Positions 1 to 8,372 of a stretch of 64,000 bases of DNA are shown in pieces. Within the stretch, counting starts at the first letter, position 1. Each line of letters begins with the position of its first letter. The notes under the pieces were generated by a model. The model did no database searches, was not told the DNA's origin, and saw only the letters and a program-made list of their open reading frames with translations. This DNA comes from Gemmatimonadota bacterium (GTDB lineage Bacteria; Gemmatimonadota; Gemmatimonadetes; Gemmatimonadales; Gemmatimonadaceae), in NCBI GenBank assembly GCA_040389905.1, contig JAZJZK010000032.1, forward strand, positions 1 to 64,000. The letters are read 5' to 3'. A program made the position numbers and the translations under genes.

Positions 1-55
1 CAGGTGGGGGAGTTTGACCCGGCCACAGGTGGGGGATTTTGGGTGGCCGCCGGGG
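1..55. mobile_element. Terminal end of an IS21-family-like insertion sequence; the element body would lie left of the window
   Basis: Two tandem ~25-bp units, CAGGTGGGGGAGTTTGACCCGGCCA (1-25) and CAGGTGGGGGATTTTGGGTGGCCG (26-49), ending in CCGGGG. Repeated subterminal binding sites of this form are typical of IS21-family ends. No transposase in the window. Confidence 0.7.
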
Positions 56-216
56 CTAGTGAGGGCGAACTGGTCCATACGAAGCCGGAACGCTATCTGG
101 CCCTTCTCGCCAAGCTGTCCCTGTCGCGGGGGTAGCCGTGCGCAAAAATCGCATACGTCAGCAGCTAGGAACTGAGCACCTGTCAAAGCTGACGTCCTGC
201 GGAACGGCCACTCCCG

Positions 217-2226
217 TCAGGCGCCGTTCCGGGCCTGCTCTATTGCCTCCCTCACCTTGTGCGCCAGCTGCGACGGCGTGAATGGCTTGCCGAGAAATGG
301 CGTCGCGGGATCGAGTAGTCCGTCGCGAACGATCTCGTCGGTGTGGCCGGACATGAAGAGTACGGGAAGCTGCGGCCGTCGCGCGCGCAGCTCGTCCGCC
401 AGTCGCGGGCCAAGGATGCCCGGCATCATCACGTCGGTCACGAGAATGTCCACGTGCGCATGGCTCGCGAGCTCGATCGCAGTCTGCCCGTCAGCGGCCT
501 CGATGACGCGATAGCCGTGCAGCTCCAGCGCCCGACGTGCCACGCGGCGCACAGCGTCCTCATCTTCGACGAGCAAGACGGTCTCGTTGCGCCCGCTGCC
601 ATCGATGATCATCGCGGCTCCGCTCACGCGGCTCACGCCCCTCGCGCGTGGGAGATAGACGCTGAACGTGGCGCCTTCGTCTGGTGCACTCCGAACCCAG
701 ACGTAGCCATTGCTCTGCTTCACGATGCCAAAAACCGTGGCAAGGCCGAGTCCCGTGCCCTGCCCCGGCTCCTTCGTCGTGAAGAATGGATCGAAGATGC
801 GAGCTTGCGTCGCCCGGTCCATTCCCATCCCGTTGTCTTCGACGTCGAGCCGCACGTAGTGGCCAGGTGCGTCTTCGACTCCCCACTGAGCAAATTCGTC
901 CCGCAATTCGGCGTTTCGCGTTCGCAGCGTGACCTTGCCATTGCTGCGGCCGTGCACTGCATCGCGAGCGTTGACCATCAGGTTCAGGATCACCTGCTGT
1001 ACCTGCCCCGGATCCGCCAACACTTGACTGAGTTCAGGGTCGAGGTCGAAGAGGAGCTCTGCATCGTCTCGCAAGAGCACGCGCAGCATACGCTCGATTT
1101 CCCGAACCCGTGCGTTGAGGTCGAGTGCCTCAGGGCGAAGGAGTTGCCGGCGGCTGAACGCCAGCAGCTGCGACGTCAGGCCGGCCGCGCGGTCTGCCGC
1201 CTTGTTGATCTCCGCCAGGAACTCCGCGCCCTGTTCGTCAGGCGCGAGCGTCATTTCGAGCAGCGACGCAAATCCCTTGATCGCCGTGAGGAGGTTGTTG
1301 AAGTCGTGCGCGACTCCGCCAGCCAGCAGGCCGACTGCCTCCATCTTCTGCGCCATCCGAAGCTGCGCCTCGAGCTTTCGCTGCGACGTGACGTCGGTGA
1401 TCATCACGATCGCACCGGTGACGTCGCCCTGTTCGTTGCGGAGCGGAGACGACGAGATTTGTACGTCGAGCACGACGCCGTCCTTTCGCTTGCGGCGGCT
1501 CGGATTCGCGCGAAGGGACTCGCCGCGGCGCGCCCGTTCGGCATTCACTTCGAATGCAGCGCGTTCCTCGTCCGGAATGAGAGGCAGTGGTTTGCCGAGA
1601 ATCTCCGCTTCGGTCCACTGGAACATCGCTTCCGCGGCCGGATTCCAATGCAGCACGCGGGCATCATTGTCGATGACGAGGATGGCGAGAGGCGCCTCGT
1701 CGATGACGACCTGGAGGCGCTCGTTCGTCATGCGGAGTTCCCGGTCCACCGCGGCCTGCGCCACCGCTGCGCCACGACTTGGCGTCGCGTCGCGATACGT
1801 GAGCAGAATGCCGTCTTCAAGGGGAACAATGTCCAGCTCCACCCAGTACGGGCCAAAGGTCCCGCGGGTCGTCAGGTAGGCCGGGAGCCGATCGCGTGCG
1901 GCCTGCTCCACGGCACGCCGAGACGGAAGGTCAGGGGGGTAACCCAGAATGTCCCAGATGACCCGACCCGGGTACGTGGTTGGGTCCGCTCCGCGAGACA
2001 TGGCGTGCTGACGCGCCGCCGCGTTGAAAAACACAACGCGCATGTCGTAGCGCACGAAGATGGCGCCTTCTCGAAGGTGTTCGAGGAGGTGCCTGAGGAT
2101 CTGGACGGTTGCTCCCTCACCAGGAACCGATATCGTCAAGTCATTCCGGCGGGTTGCGGTGGGGCGAACGTGGTGCGGAGTGCAAATAATCTTCTCTCTC
2201 ACCTTGCCCCTCGTCGAGCCTGTCAA
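217..2226 (-). CDS. Hybrid sensor histidine kinase/response regulator (PAS-PAS-HisKA-HATPase-REC); true start may be near 2139
   Basis: H-box LAGGVAHDFNNLL, N-box QVILNLMVNARDA, F-box FDPFFTTK, G2 GTGLGL, receiver LLVEDE...VTDVMMP...FLGKPF, PAS motifs WNPAAEAMF and FFNAAA. Confidence 0.93.
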   Translation of the reverse strand: MTGSTRGKVREKIICTPHHVRPTATRRNDLTISVPGEGATVQILRHLLEHLREGAIFVRYDMRVVFFNAAARQHAMSRGADPTTYPGRVIWDILGYPPDLPSRRAVEQAARDRLPAYLTTRGTFGPYWVELDIVPLEDGILLTYRDATPSRGAAVAQAAVDRELRMTNERLQVVIDEAPLAILVIDNDARVLHWNPAAEAMFQWTEAEILGKPLPLIPDEERAAFEVNAERARRGESLRANPSRRKRKDGVVLDVQISSSPLRNEQGDVTGAIVMITDVTSQRKLEAQLRMAQKMEAVGLLAGGVAHDFNNLLTAIKGFASLLEMTLAPDEQGAEFLAEINKAADRAAGLTSQLLAFSRRQLLRPEALDLNARVREIERMLRVLLRDDAELLFDLDPELSQVLADPGQVQQVILNLMVNARDAVHGRSNGKVTLRTRNAELRDEFAQWGVEDAPGHYVRLDVEDNGMGMDRATQARIFDPFFTTKEPGQGTGLGLATVFGIVKQSNGYVWVRSAPDEGATFSVYLPRARGVSRVSGAAMIIDGSGRNETVLLVEDEDAVRRVARRALELHGYRVIEAADGQTAIELASHAHVDILVTDVMMPGILGPRLADELRARRPQLPVLFMSGHTDEIVRDGLLDPATPFLGKPFTPSQLAHKVREAIEQARNGA

Positions 2227-2259
2227 TAACTATAGCAAGGACTGTACACAACAGCTAGT

Positions 2260-2307
2260 CGTGGCGATTTCCAGCAAATTGCGGCCACGTTAATCCCCTG
2301 CTAAAGC
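2260..2307 (+). ncRNA. SAM-II (SAM_alpha)-like riboswitch aptamer in the metH leader
   Basis: CGTGGC-GATTT-N8-TTGC-G-GCCACG-TTAA-N6-GCTAAAG. Perfect P1 CGTGGC(2260-2265)/GCCACG(2284-2289), conserved GAUUU, UUGC and GCUAAA elements, directly upstream of a methionine gene. Confidence 0.8.
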
Positions 2308-2309
2308 GC

Positions 2310-2345
2310 GAGCTCCGACGCCTTCGCGTTTGGGCTCTTTTTCTT
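2310..2345 (+). terminator. Intrinsic terminator, likely the riboswitch expression platform
   Basis: Stem GAGCTCCGACGC/GCGTTTGGGCTC (two G-U pairs, one mismatch), loop CTTC, then TTTTTCTT, ending 10 nt before the metH ATG. Confidence 0.75.
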
Positions 2346-2355
2346 GGGTTTCACG

Positions 2356-5300
2356 ATGAACGACAGATCTCGCCCGACACAGCACCCGTACCTCGCCGCC
2401 CTCGCACAACGAGTGCTCGTGTTCGACGGCGCGATGGGCACCAACATCCAGCGGCACAATCCGACGGCCGAGGACTTCGGAGGCAAGGCGCTGGAGGGGT
2501 GCAACGACAACCTTGTCCTCACCCGCCCCGATATCATCCAGGCCATCCACGAGTCATTCCTCGCCGTGGGCTGCGATGTCGTCGAGACATGCACCTTCCA
2601 GAGCACGCCACACCGGCTGCGCGAGTGGGGGCTCGAGGACAAGACGCGGGAACTGAACGTCAATGCCGCGCGGATCGCCCGGGCGGCCTGTGACAAGTTC
2701 GCCACGCCGGATCGAGCGCGCTTCGTCGCCGGGTCGATCGGCCCGACGGGCATGCTGCCGTCGAGTAGTGACCCTACGCTCGGCAACATCACCTTCGAGG
2801 CGCTGGCTGACGCGTTTTACTGGCAGGGGAAATACCTCGTCGAGGGCGGCGTCGACGTGCTGCTTGTTGAAACAGCCCAGGACATCCTCGAAGTGAAGGC
2901 AGCGCTCACGGGCTTCGAGCGACTGTTCGCTGAGCTGGGACACCGAGTTCCCGTCCAGACGCAGGTCACGCTCGACACCAGCGGACGCATGCTGCTTGGG
3001 ACGGACGTCGCGAGCGCGCTCGCCACGCTGGAAGCCATGCGCGTGGACGTCGTCGGGCTCAATTGCTCGACCGGCCCCGAGCACATGCGCGAGCCGATTC
3101 GTTTTCTCACGCAGCACGCCTCGCTCCCCATCTCGGTGATTCCGAATGCGGGCCTGCCGCTGAACACGGGAACGGGCGAGGCGGTCTACCCGCTCGAGCC
3201 CGCTCCCATGGCCGCGATGCTTCGCGAGTTCGTGGAGGAATTCGGCGTCCGAATCGTCGGCGGTTGCTGCGGCACGACGCCGGAACATCTCGACCACATC
3301 GTGCGCGCGGTTCGCGACGCGACGACGCCGGCACCCACCTCACATCACCGCGAGGCGCTCGTCTCGTCGGCAATGCGGGCCACGACGCTGCGGCAGGAGC
3401 CGGCGCCGTTGCTCGTCGGCGAGCGGGTCAATTCGCAGGGCTCGCGAAAGGTGAAGCGCTTGCTGCTCGCCGACGACTACGAGGGTATCCTCGAAGTTGC
3501 GCGCGATCAGCAGGAGAGCGGTGCCCATGTGCTCGACGTCTGCGTCGCGCTCACCGAGCGCGGCGATGAGGCCGAGCAGATGTCGAAGGTCGTGAAGCTG
3601 CTCTCGATGAGCGTCGAGACGCCGCTGATGATCGATTCGACGGAGGCGGCCGTGATCAAGGCGGCACTGGAACACGTGCCCGGCCGAGCGATCATCAACT
3701 CCATCAACATGGAGAATGGCCGCAAGCGTATCGATGACGTCGTCCCGCTCGCAAAGACGCACGGTGCCGCGCTCGTGGCGTTGACGATTGACCCGGTCGG
3801 CATGGCGAAGACGCGCGAGCGCAAGCTCGAGGTAGCGCGCGCGATCTACGACATTGTCGTCGGCGAATACGGGTTGGCGCCCGAAGATCTCATCTACGAT
3901 GCGCTCACCTTCACGCTCGCCACGGGCGACGCGGAGTGGATCGACAGTGCGCACGAGACGATCGAAGGCATTCGCCTGATCAAACGCGAACTTCCGGGCG
4001 TCTTCACGATCCTCGGCGTCTCGAACGTGAGTTTTGGGCTCGATCCGGCTGCGCGCTACGTGCTGAACTCCGTGTTCCTGCACCACTGCGTCGAAGCGGG
4101 ACTCGACGCGGCGATCGTGAATCCAGCGCACATCACGCCGTACGCTGAAATCAGCGCCGAACATCGTACGCTTGCCGACGACCTGGTCTTCAACCGGCGA
4201 GCCGACGCACTGCAGCGCTACATCGAAGGCTTCGCGACAGCGGAGCAGAACGACGCGCGTGCGGAGAAAGAGGATCCGACGGCAGGTATGTCGCCGGAAC
4301 AGAAGGTCCATTGGATGGTGTTGCACCGAAAGAAAGATGGCGTCGAAGAGGCACTCGACGTCGCCGGCGTGCGCGAGAATCCGGTGCGGGTGTTGAACGA
4401 AGTATTGCTTCCCGCCATGAAGGAAGTTGGTGACAAGTTCGGCGCCGGCGAGCTGATCCTCCCGTTCGTGCTTCAAAGCGCGGAAGTGATGAAGAAGGCC
4501 GTGAAACACCTCGAACAATTTCTCGAGAAGGCAGAGGGCTACACGAAGGGCAAGGTGGTGCTGGCGACGGTGTACGGCGACGTCCACGACATCGGCAAAT
4601 CGCTCGTGAATACCATCCTCTCGAACAACGGTTATACGGTTTACGACCTTGGTAAGCAGGTGCCGGTGAACACGATTATCGAGAAGGCGCTGGAAGTCGG
4701 CGCGGACGCGATTGGATTGTCTGCGTTGTTGGTCAGCACCAGCAAGCAGATGCCACTGTGCGTCAAGGAACTCGACAAGCGTGACATTCACATCCCCGTG
4801 CTCATCGGCGGTGCGGCGATCAATCGCCGCTTCGGCCGTCGGGCGATGTTCGTGGATGGAGAGCGTGCCTACGACTCAGGCGTGTTCTATTGCAAGGATG
4901 CCTTCGAAGGTCTCGAGACGATGGATGCGCTTCAGGCGCCAACGGGGCGTCCTGAGTTGATCGCGAAGCTCATCGATGATGCGCGGAAGGACGCGTTCCT
5001 CAATACGAATGTCGGGAAGGACGTCCGCAGTGGGACGGCTGGCGGGGAGCGGAGTGATGTGTCGCATGACCACGCGGTTCCCGTCGCGCCGTTTTTCGGC
5101 GCGAAGGTGTTGCGCGACATTCCGCTGAACGAGGTGTTCGACCTCCTCGACAAGGACGAACTGTTCCGCCTGCAATGGGGCGGTCGCGGCTCTGGCCCCG
5201 AGTTCGATGCGGTTGTGCGTGACCAGTTCGAGCCGACGCTCGAGCGGCTCAAGGTCGAAGCGCTGCGAGACGGATGGGTGCAGCCCAAGGCGGTGTACGG

Positions 5301-5865
5301 GTACTACCCTGCTCAGAGCGTGGGCAATGATCTGCTCATCTACGACCCGGATCTCTACGCCAAGGACGGCACGCTGACAGAGCTCACACGCTTTCACTTC
5401 CCACGGCAGGAAGGGCGCGAGCGGCTCTGCATTGCGGACTACTTTCGCGGTGCCTCGAGCGGTGATGTCGATGTGGTAGCATTCCAGGTTGTCACCGTGG
5501 GAGACGAGGCAACGCGACGCTTCGAGCAGCTCCAGGCGGCTGGGGAGTACAGCGAAGCGTTCTACTCACACGGCCTCGCTGTCGAGGCGGCCGAAGCGGT
5601 GGCGGAGTGGCTGCACCGGCGCGTTCGGAGGGAGCTCGGCATTCCAGGCGGGCGCGGGAAGCGATATTCCTGGGGGTACGGTGCGTGTCCGGATCTCGAG
5701 GATCATGCGCAGCTGTTCAAGTTGCTGCCGGCCGAGAAGGAACTGGGAATGGAGTTGACGTCGGCGTATCAGTTGATTCCGGAGCAGAGCACGGCGGCAA
5801 TTCTGGTACATCACCCGCAGGCGAAGTACTACGCCGTGCGCACTGCCGCCGAGGGACCTGCGTAA
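2356..5865 (+). CDS. metH: Cobalamin-dependent methionine synthase
   Basis: Hcy domain FDGAMGT, GLNCSTGP, GGCCGTTP; pterin domain VGERVN, IDST; B12 motif GDVHDIGK...GLSALL; activation domain RYSWGYGACPDL...PEQSTAA. Confidence 0.97.
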   Translation: MNDRSRPTQHPYLAALAQRVLVFDGAMGTNIQRHNPTAEDFGGKALEGCNDNLVLTRPDIIQAIHESFLAVGCDVVETCTFQSTPHRLREWGLEDKTRELNVNAARIARAACDKFATPDRARFVAGSIGPTGMLPSSSDPTLGNITFEALADAFYWQGKYLVEGGVDVLLVETAQDILEVKAALTGFERLFAELGHRVPVQTQVTLDTSGRMLLGTDVASALATLEAMRVDVVGLNCSTGPEHMREPIRFLTQHASLPISVIPNAGLPLNTGTGEAVYPLEPAPMAAMLREFVEEFGVRIVGGCCGTTPEHLDHIVRAVRDATTPAPTSHHREALVSSAMRATTLRQEPAPLLVGERVNSQGSRKVKRLLLADDYEGILEVARDQQESGAHVLDVCVALTERGDEAEQMSKVVKLLSMSVETPLMIDSTEAAVIKAALEHVPGRAIINSINMENGRKRIDDVVPLAKTHGAALVALTIDPVGMAKTRERKLEVARAIYDIVVGEYGLAPEDLIYDALTFTLATGDAEWIDSAHETIEGIRLIKRELPGVFTILGVSNVSFGLDPAARYVLNSVFLHHCVEAGLDAAIVNPAHITPYAEISAEHRTLADDLVFNRRADALQRYIEGFATAEQNDARAEKEDPTAGMSPEQKVHWMVLHRKKDGVEEALDVAGVRENPVRVLNEVLLPAMKEVGDKFGAGELILPFVLQSAEVMKKAVKHLEQFLEKAEGYTKGKVVLATVYGDVHDIGKSLVNTILSNNGYTVYDLGKQVPVNTIIEKALEVGADAIGLSALLVSTSKQMPLCVKELDKRDIHIPVLIGGAAINRRFGRRAMFVDGERAYDSGVFYCKDAFEGLETMDALQAPTGRPELIAKLIDDARKDAFLNTNVGKDVRSGTAGGERSDVSHDHAVPVAPFFGAKVLRDIPLNEVFDLLDKDELFRLQWGGRGSGPEFDAVVRDQFEPTLERLKVEALRDGWVQPKAVYGYYPAQSVGNDLLIYDPDLYAKDGTLTELTRFHFPRQEGRERLCIADYFRGASSGDVDVVAFQVVTVGDEATRRFEQLQAAGEYSEAFYSHGLAVEAAEAVAEWLHRRVRRELGIPGGRGKRYSWGYGACPDLEDHAQLFKLLPAEKELGMELTSAYQLIPEQSTAAILVHHPQAKYYAVRTAAEGPA

Positions 5866-5871
5866 AAGCAT

Positions 5872-6066
5872 TTTACCACAGAGGACACAGAGGACACGGA
5901 GAACTGCACAACTGCACAACTGCAACGTTACCGCAGAGGTCGCAGAGGAACGCAGAGGACGGCGTGAACGACATTACGAGTTTGTTTTTCCTCTGCGACC
6001 TCTGCGACCTCTGCGGTCAATTGCAGTTCCGCAGTCCTCTGTGTCCTCTGTGTCCTCTGTGGTAAA
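5872..6066. repeat. ~195-bp nested inverted repeat built from 9-bp CAGAGGACA/CAGAGGTCG units (repeat family A)
   Basis: Outer arms 5872-5907 and 6031-6066 match 34/36. Inner arms 5930-5959 and 5989-6017. Tandem AACTGCAC/AACTGCAA x3 at 5902-5925. Confidence 0.92.
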
Positions 6067-6102
6067 TCAGTTTTCGTTTTTTGTCTTCAACGTGATGAGA
6101 AC

Positions 6103-7992
6103 ATGACCACAGCGCTCGAACGCCTCGTCGACCCCGAATCTGTCGTCCTTTTCGATGGCGCGATGGGCACGATGCTGTACGCGAAGGGCGTGTTCATCAA
6201 CCAGTGCTACGACGAGTTGAACGTGCGCTCGCCGGATCTCATCCGTGACCTGCATCGCGCGTACGTGAAGGCTGGGGCGGAAGTCCTCGAGACCAACAGC
6301 TTCGGCGCGAATCGCCTGAAGCTCGCGCAGTTCGGCCTCGCATCGCAGACGCGTGAGCTGAACAAGCGCGCCGCCACATTGGCGCGCGAAGCCGCAGCCG
6401 ACGGACATGATGTGCTCGTTGCCGGCGCTGTCGGGCCACTCGGCGTCCGCCTGGAGCCTTATGGTTCCACCTCGGCAGATGAAGCGCGGTCGATCTTCCG
6501 TGAGCAGATGGAAGGGCTCAAGGAAGGCGGCGCCGACCTCTTCATTCTCGAAACGTTCGGCGACCTCCATGAAATCGGCCAGGCGATCGCAGCCGCGCGC
6601 GAGGTCGATCCGGCGATGCCGGTCGTCGCACAAATGACGATTGGCGTCGATGGGCTGACGCCGTACGGCGCGACGCCGGAGGATGTCGCGCACGCGCTCG
6701 AGCGCTTTGGGGCAGACGTCATCGGCCTGAATTGCAGCGTGGGGCCACAGGCGATTCTCGAGGCGGTCGAGCGCATGGCGCCAGTGACGCGGAAGAAGAT
6801 TTCTGCGCAGCCGAACGCCGGCATGCCGCGCGATGTGGGTGGCCGCAGCATGTACATGGCGAGTCCAGAGTACATGGCCGAGTATGCGCGCCATCTCGTG
6901 CAGGCGGGTGCGAAGGCGGTCGGCGGCTGTTGTGGAACGACGCCTGAGCACATCAGCGCGATGCACACGGGAATTAGTCCGCTGAGTCCGCGCCACGCTC
7001 GTGTCGGAGGGACGCAGGCCACGGTGAGTTCCAACGCGGCGGTGTCGCCGTCAGCGCGCGTTCCCGATTCTCCCGTCGTACCGCTCGCAGATCGGTCACG
7101 GTGGGGGGGTAAGCTCGCACGCGGCGAGTTCGTCACGTCCGTCGAGATCGTCCCGCCGCGCGGCGTGGATGCCTCACGGATGCTCGTCGATGTCGAACTG
7201 TTGAAGAAGGCTGGCGTCGACGCGGTGAATGTGCCGGACGGTCCGCGCGCCCAGAGCCGGATGGGAGCACTGCTCACCTCCCTGCTCATCGAGCAGAAGG
7301 TCGGTATCGAAGCCGTCACCCACTACGCCTGCCGCGACCGCAACCTCCTCGGCATGTTGAGCGACCTGCTCGGCGCATCCGCCGTTGGCCTCCGCAACAT
7401 GCTGCTCATCACCGGCGATCCGCCGAAGATGGGTCCGTATCCCAGCGCGACGGCCGTTTTCGATATCGACGCGATTGGTCTGACGAATCTGGTCAGCAAC
7501 CTCAATCGCGGCCGAGATCCCGGAAACAATTCCATCGGGACCGGAACGCAGTTCGTGATCGGTGTTGGCGTCAATCCAGCGCCGATCGACCTCGAACACG
7601 AGTTACAACGGTTCAGCTGGAAGGTGGAAGCGGGGGCCGAGTTCGCCGTGACGCAGCCTGTGTTCGATGCGCGTCAACTCGAGAATTTTCTACGGCGGAC
7701 AGAGGGCGCGCGCATACCGATTGTGGCGGGCATCTGGCCGCTGGTCTCGCTGCGCAACGCGGAGTTTCTCGCGAACGAAGTGCCTGGCGTCAGCGTTCCG
7801 CAGGAGATCATCGAGCGGATGCGGAAGGCGAGCGACAAGTCGAAGGAACATGGCGTTGCCGAGGGCATCGCGATCGCCCGGGAAATGCTCGGACGGGTTC
7901 GCGATGCCGTTCAGGGGGTTCAGGTATCAGCACCCTTCGGGAAGGTGGAGCTGGCGCTCGAAGTGTTCGGGGATACCCTGCCGCGGCCTTAG
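6103..7992 (+). CDS. yitJ: Bifunctional homocysteine S-methyltransferase / methylenetetrahydrofolate reductase
   Basis: N-terminal FDGAMGTML, GLNCSVGP, GGCCGTTP; C-terminal MTHFR motifs VEIVPP, HYACRDRN, ITGDPPK, FAVTQPVFD. Confidence 0.92.
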   Translation: MTTALERLVDPESVVLFDGAMGTMLYAKGVFINQCYDELNVRSPDLIRDLHRAYVKAGAEVLETNSFGANRLKLAQFGLASQTRELNKRAATLAREAAADGHDVLVAGAVGPLGVRLEPYGSTSADEARSIFREQMEGLKEGGADLFILETFGDLHEIGQAIAAAREVDPAMPVVAQMTIGVDGLTPYGATPEDVAHALERFGADVIGLNCSVGPQAILEAVERMAPVTRKKISAQPNAGMPRDVGGRSMYMASPEYMAEYARHLVQAGAKAVGGCCGTTPEHISAMHTGISPLSPRHARVGGTQATVSSNAAVSPSARVPDSPVVPLADRSRWGGKLARGEFVTSVEIVPPRGVDASRMLVDVELLKKAGVDAVNVPDGPRAQSRMGALLTSLLIEQKVGIEAVTHYACRDRNLLGMLSDLLGASAVGLRNMLLITGDPPKMGPYPSATAVFDIDAIGLTNLVSNLNRGRDPGNNSIGTGTQFVIGVGVNPAPIDLEHELQRFSWKVEAGAEFAVTQPVFDARQLENFLRRTEGARIPIVAGIWPLVSLRNAEFLANEVPGVSVPQEIIERMRKASDKSKEHGVAEGIAIAREMLGRVRDAVQGVQVSAPFGKVELALEVFGDTLPRP

Positions 7993-8084
7993 CTGACGTT
8001 CCTGATACCTCCGGAACCCCCCGCGCGTCTTACTTGATGGCATTCAGGTCCACTCAGGCGCACTGCGAGAACGACACGGAGGGC

Positions 8085-8327
8085 ATGATGGAGCACGGCC
8101 GCCTCTTCGTGGACGCGACCGGGGTGGAGTGGGAGGTGTACGACGAGAGCCAGTGGACGATCGCCTGGGCTATCGATTGGGAGTACCCCCCACAAACCGA
8201 GAATCCGGGCCTCCTGTTCGATTCGTCGCTGGGCCGTCGCCGAATTTTTCCGTGCCCGCCGAATTGGCAATCTCTCACCGATGCCGAACTCGAAGATCTA
8301 TTGCCGCGCGCTGCTCGACTGTACTAG
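8085..8327 (+). CDS. Small hypothetical protein (~80 aa)
   Basis: GGAGG SD before ATG 8085; ordered aromatic-rich sequence RLFVDATGVEWEVY...LLFDS...PCPPNWQSLTDAELEDLL. Confidence 0.7.
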   Translation: MMEHGRLFVDATGVEWEVYDESQWTIAWAIDWEYPPQTENPGLLFDSSLGRRRIFPCPPNWQSLTDAELEDLLPRAARLY

Positions 8328-8372
8328 GGGATAGAGGTCAGGGGCGACAAACAAGCAACATCCACCAGCACT

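Noticed and set aside
343..2229. Long antisense ORFs (e.g. 343-2229 +, 3340-4791 -, 9621-10961 -, 28325-30001 -, 46162-47328 +)
   Set aside because: They mirror well-supported genes on the other strand and carry no motifs; such shadow ORFs are expected in GC-rich DNA
5872..6066. CRISPR array interpretation of the periodic repeats
   Set aside because: Units are 8-9 bp, tandem and inverted, with no unique spacers and no cas genes
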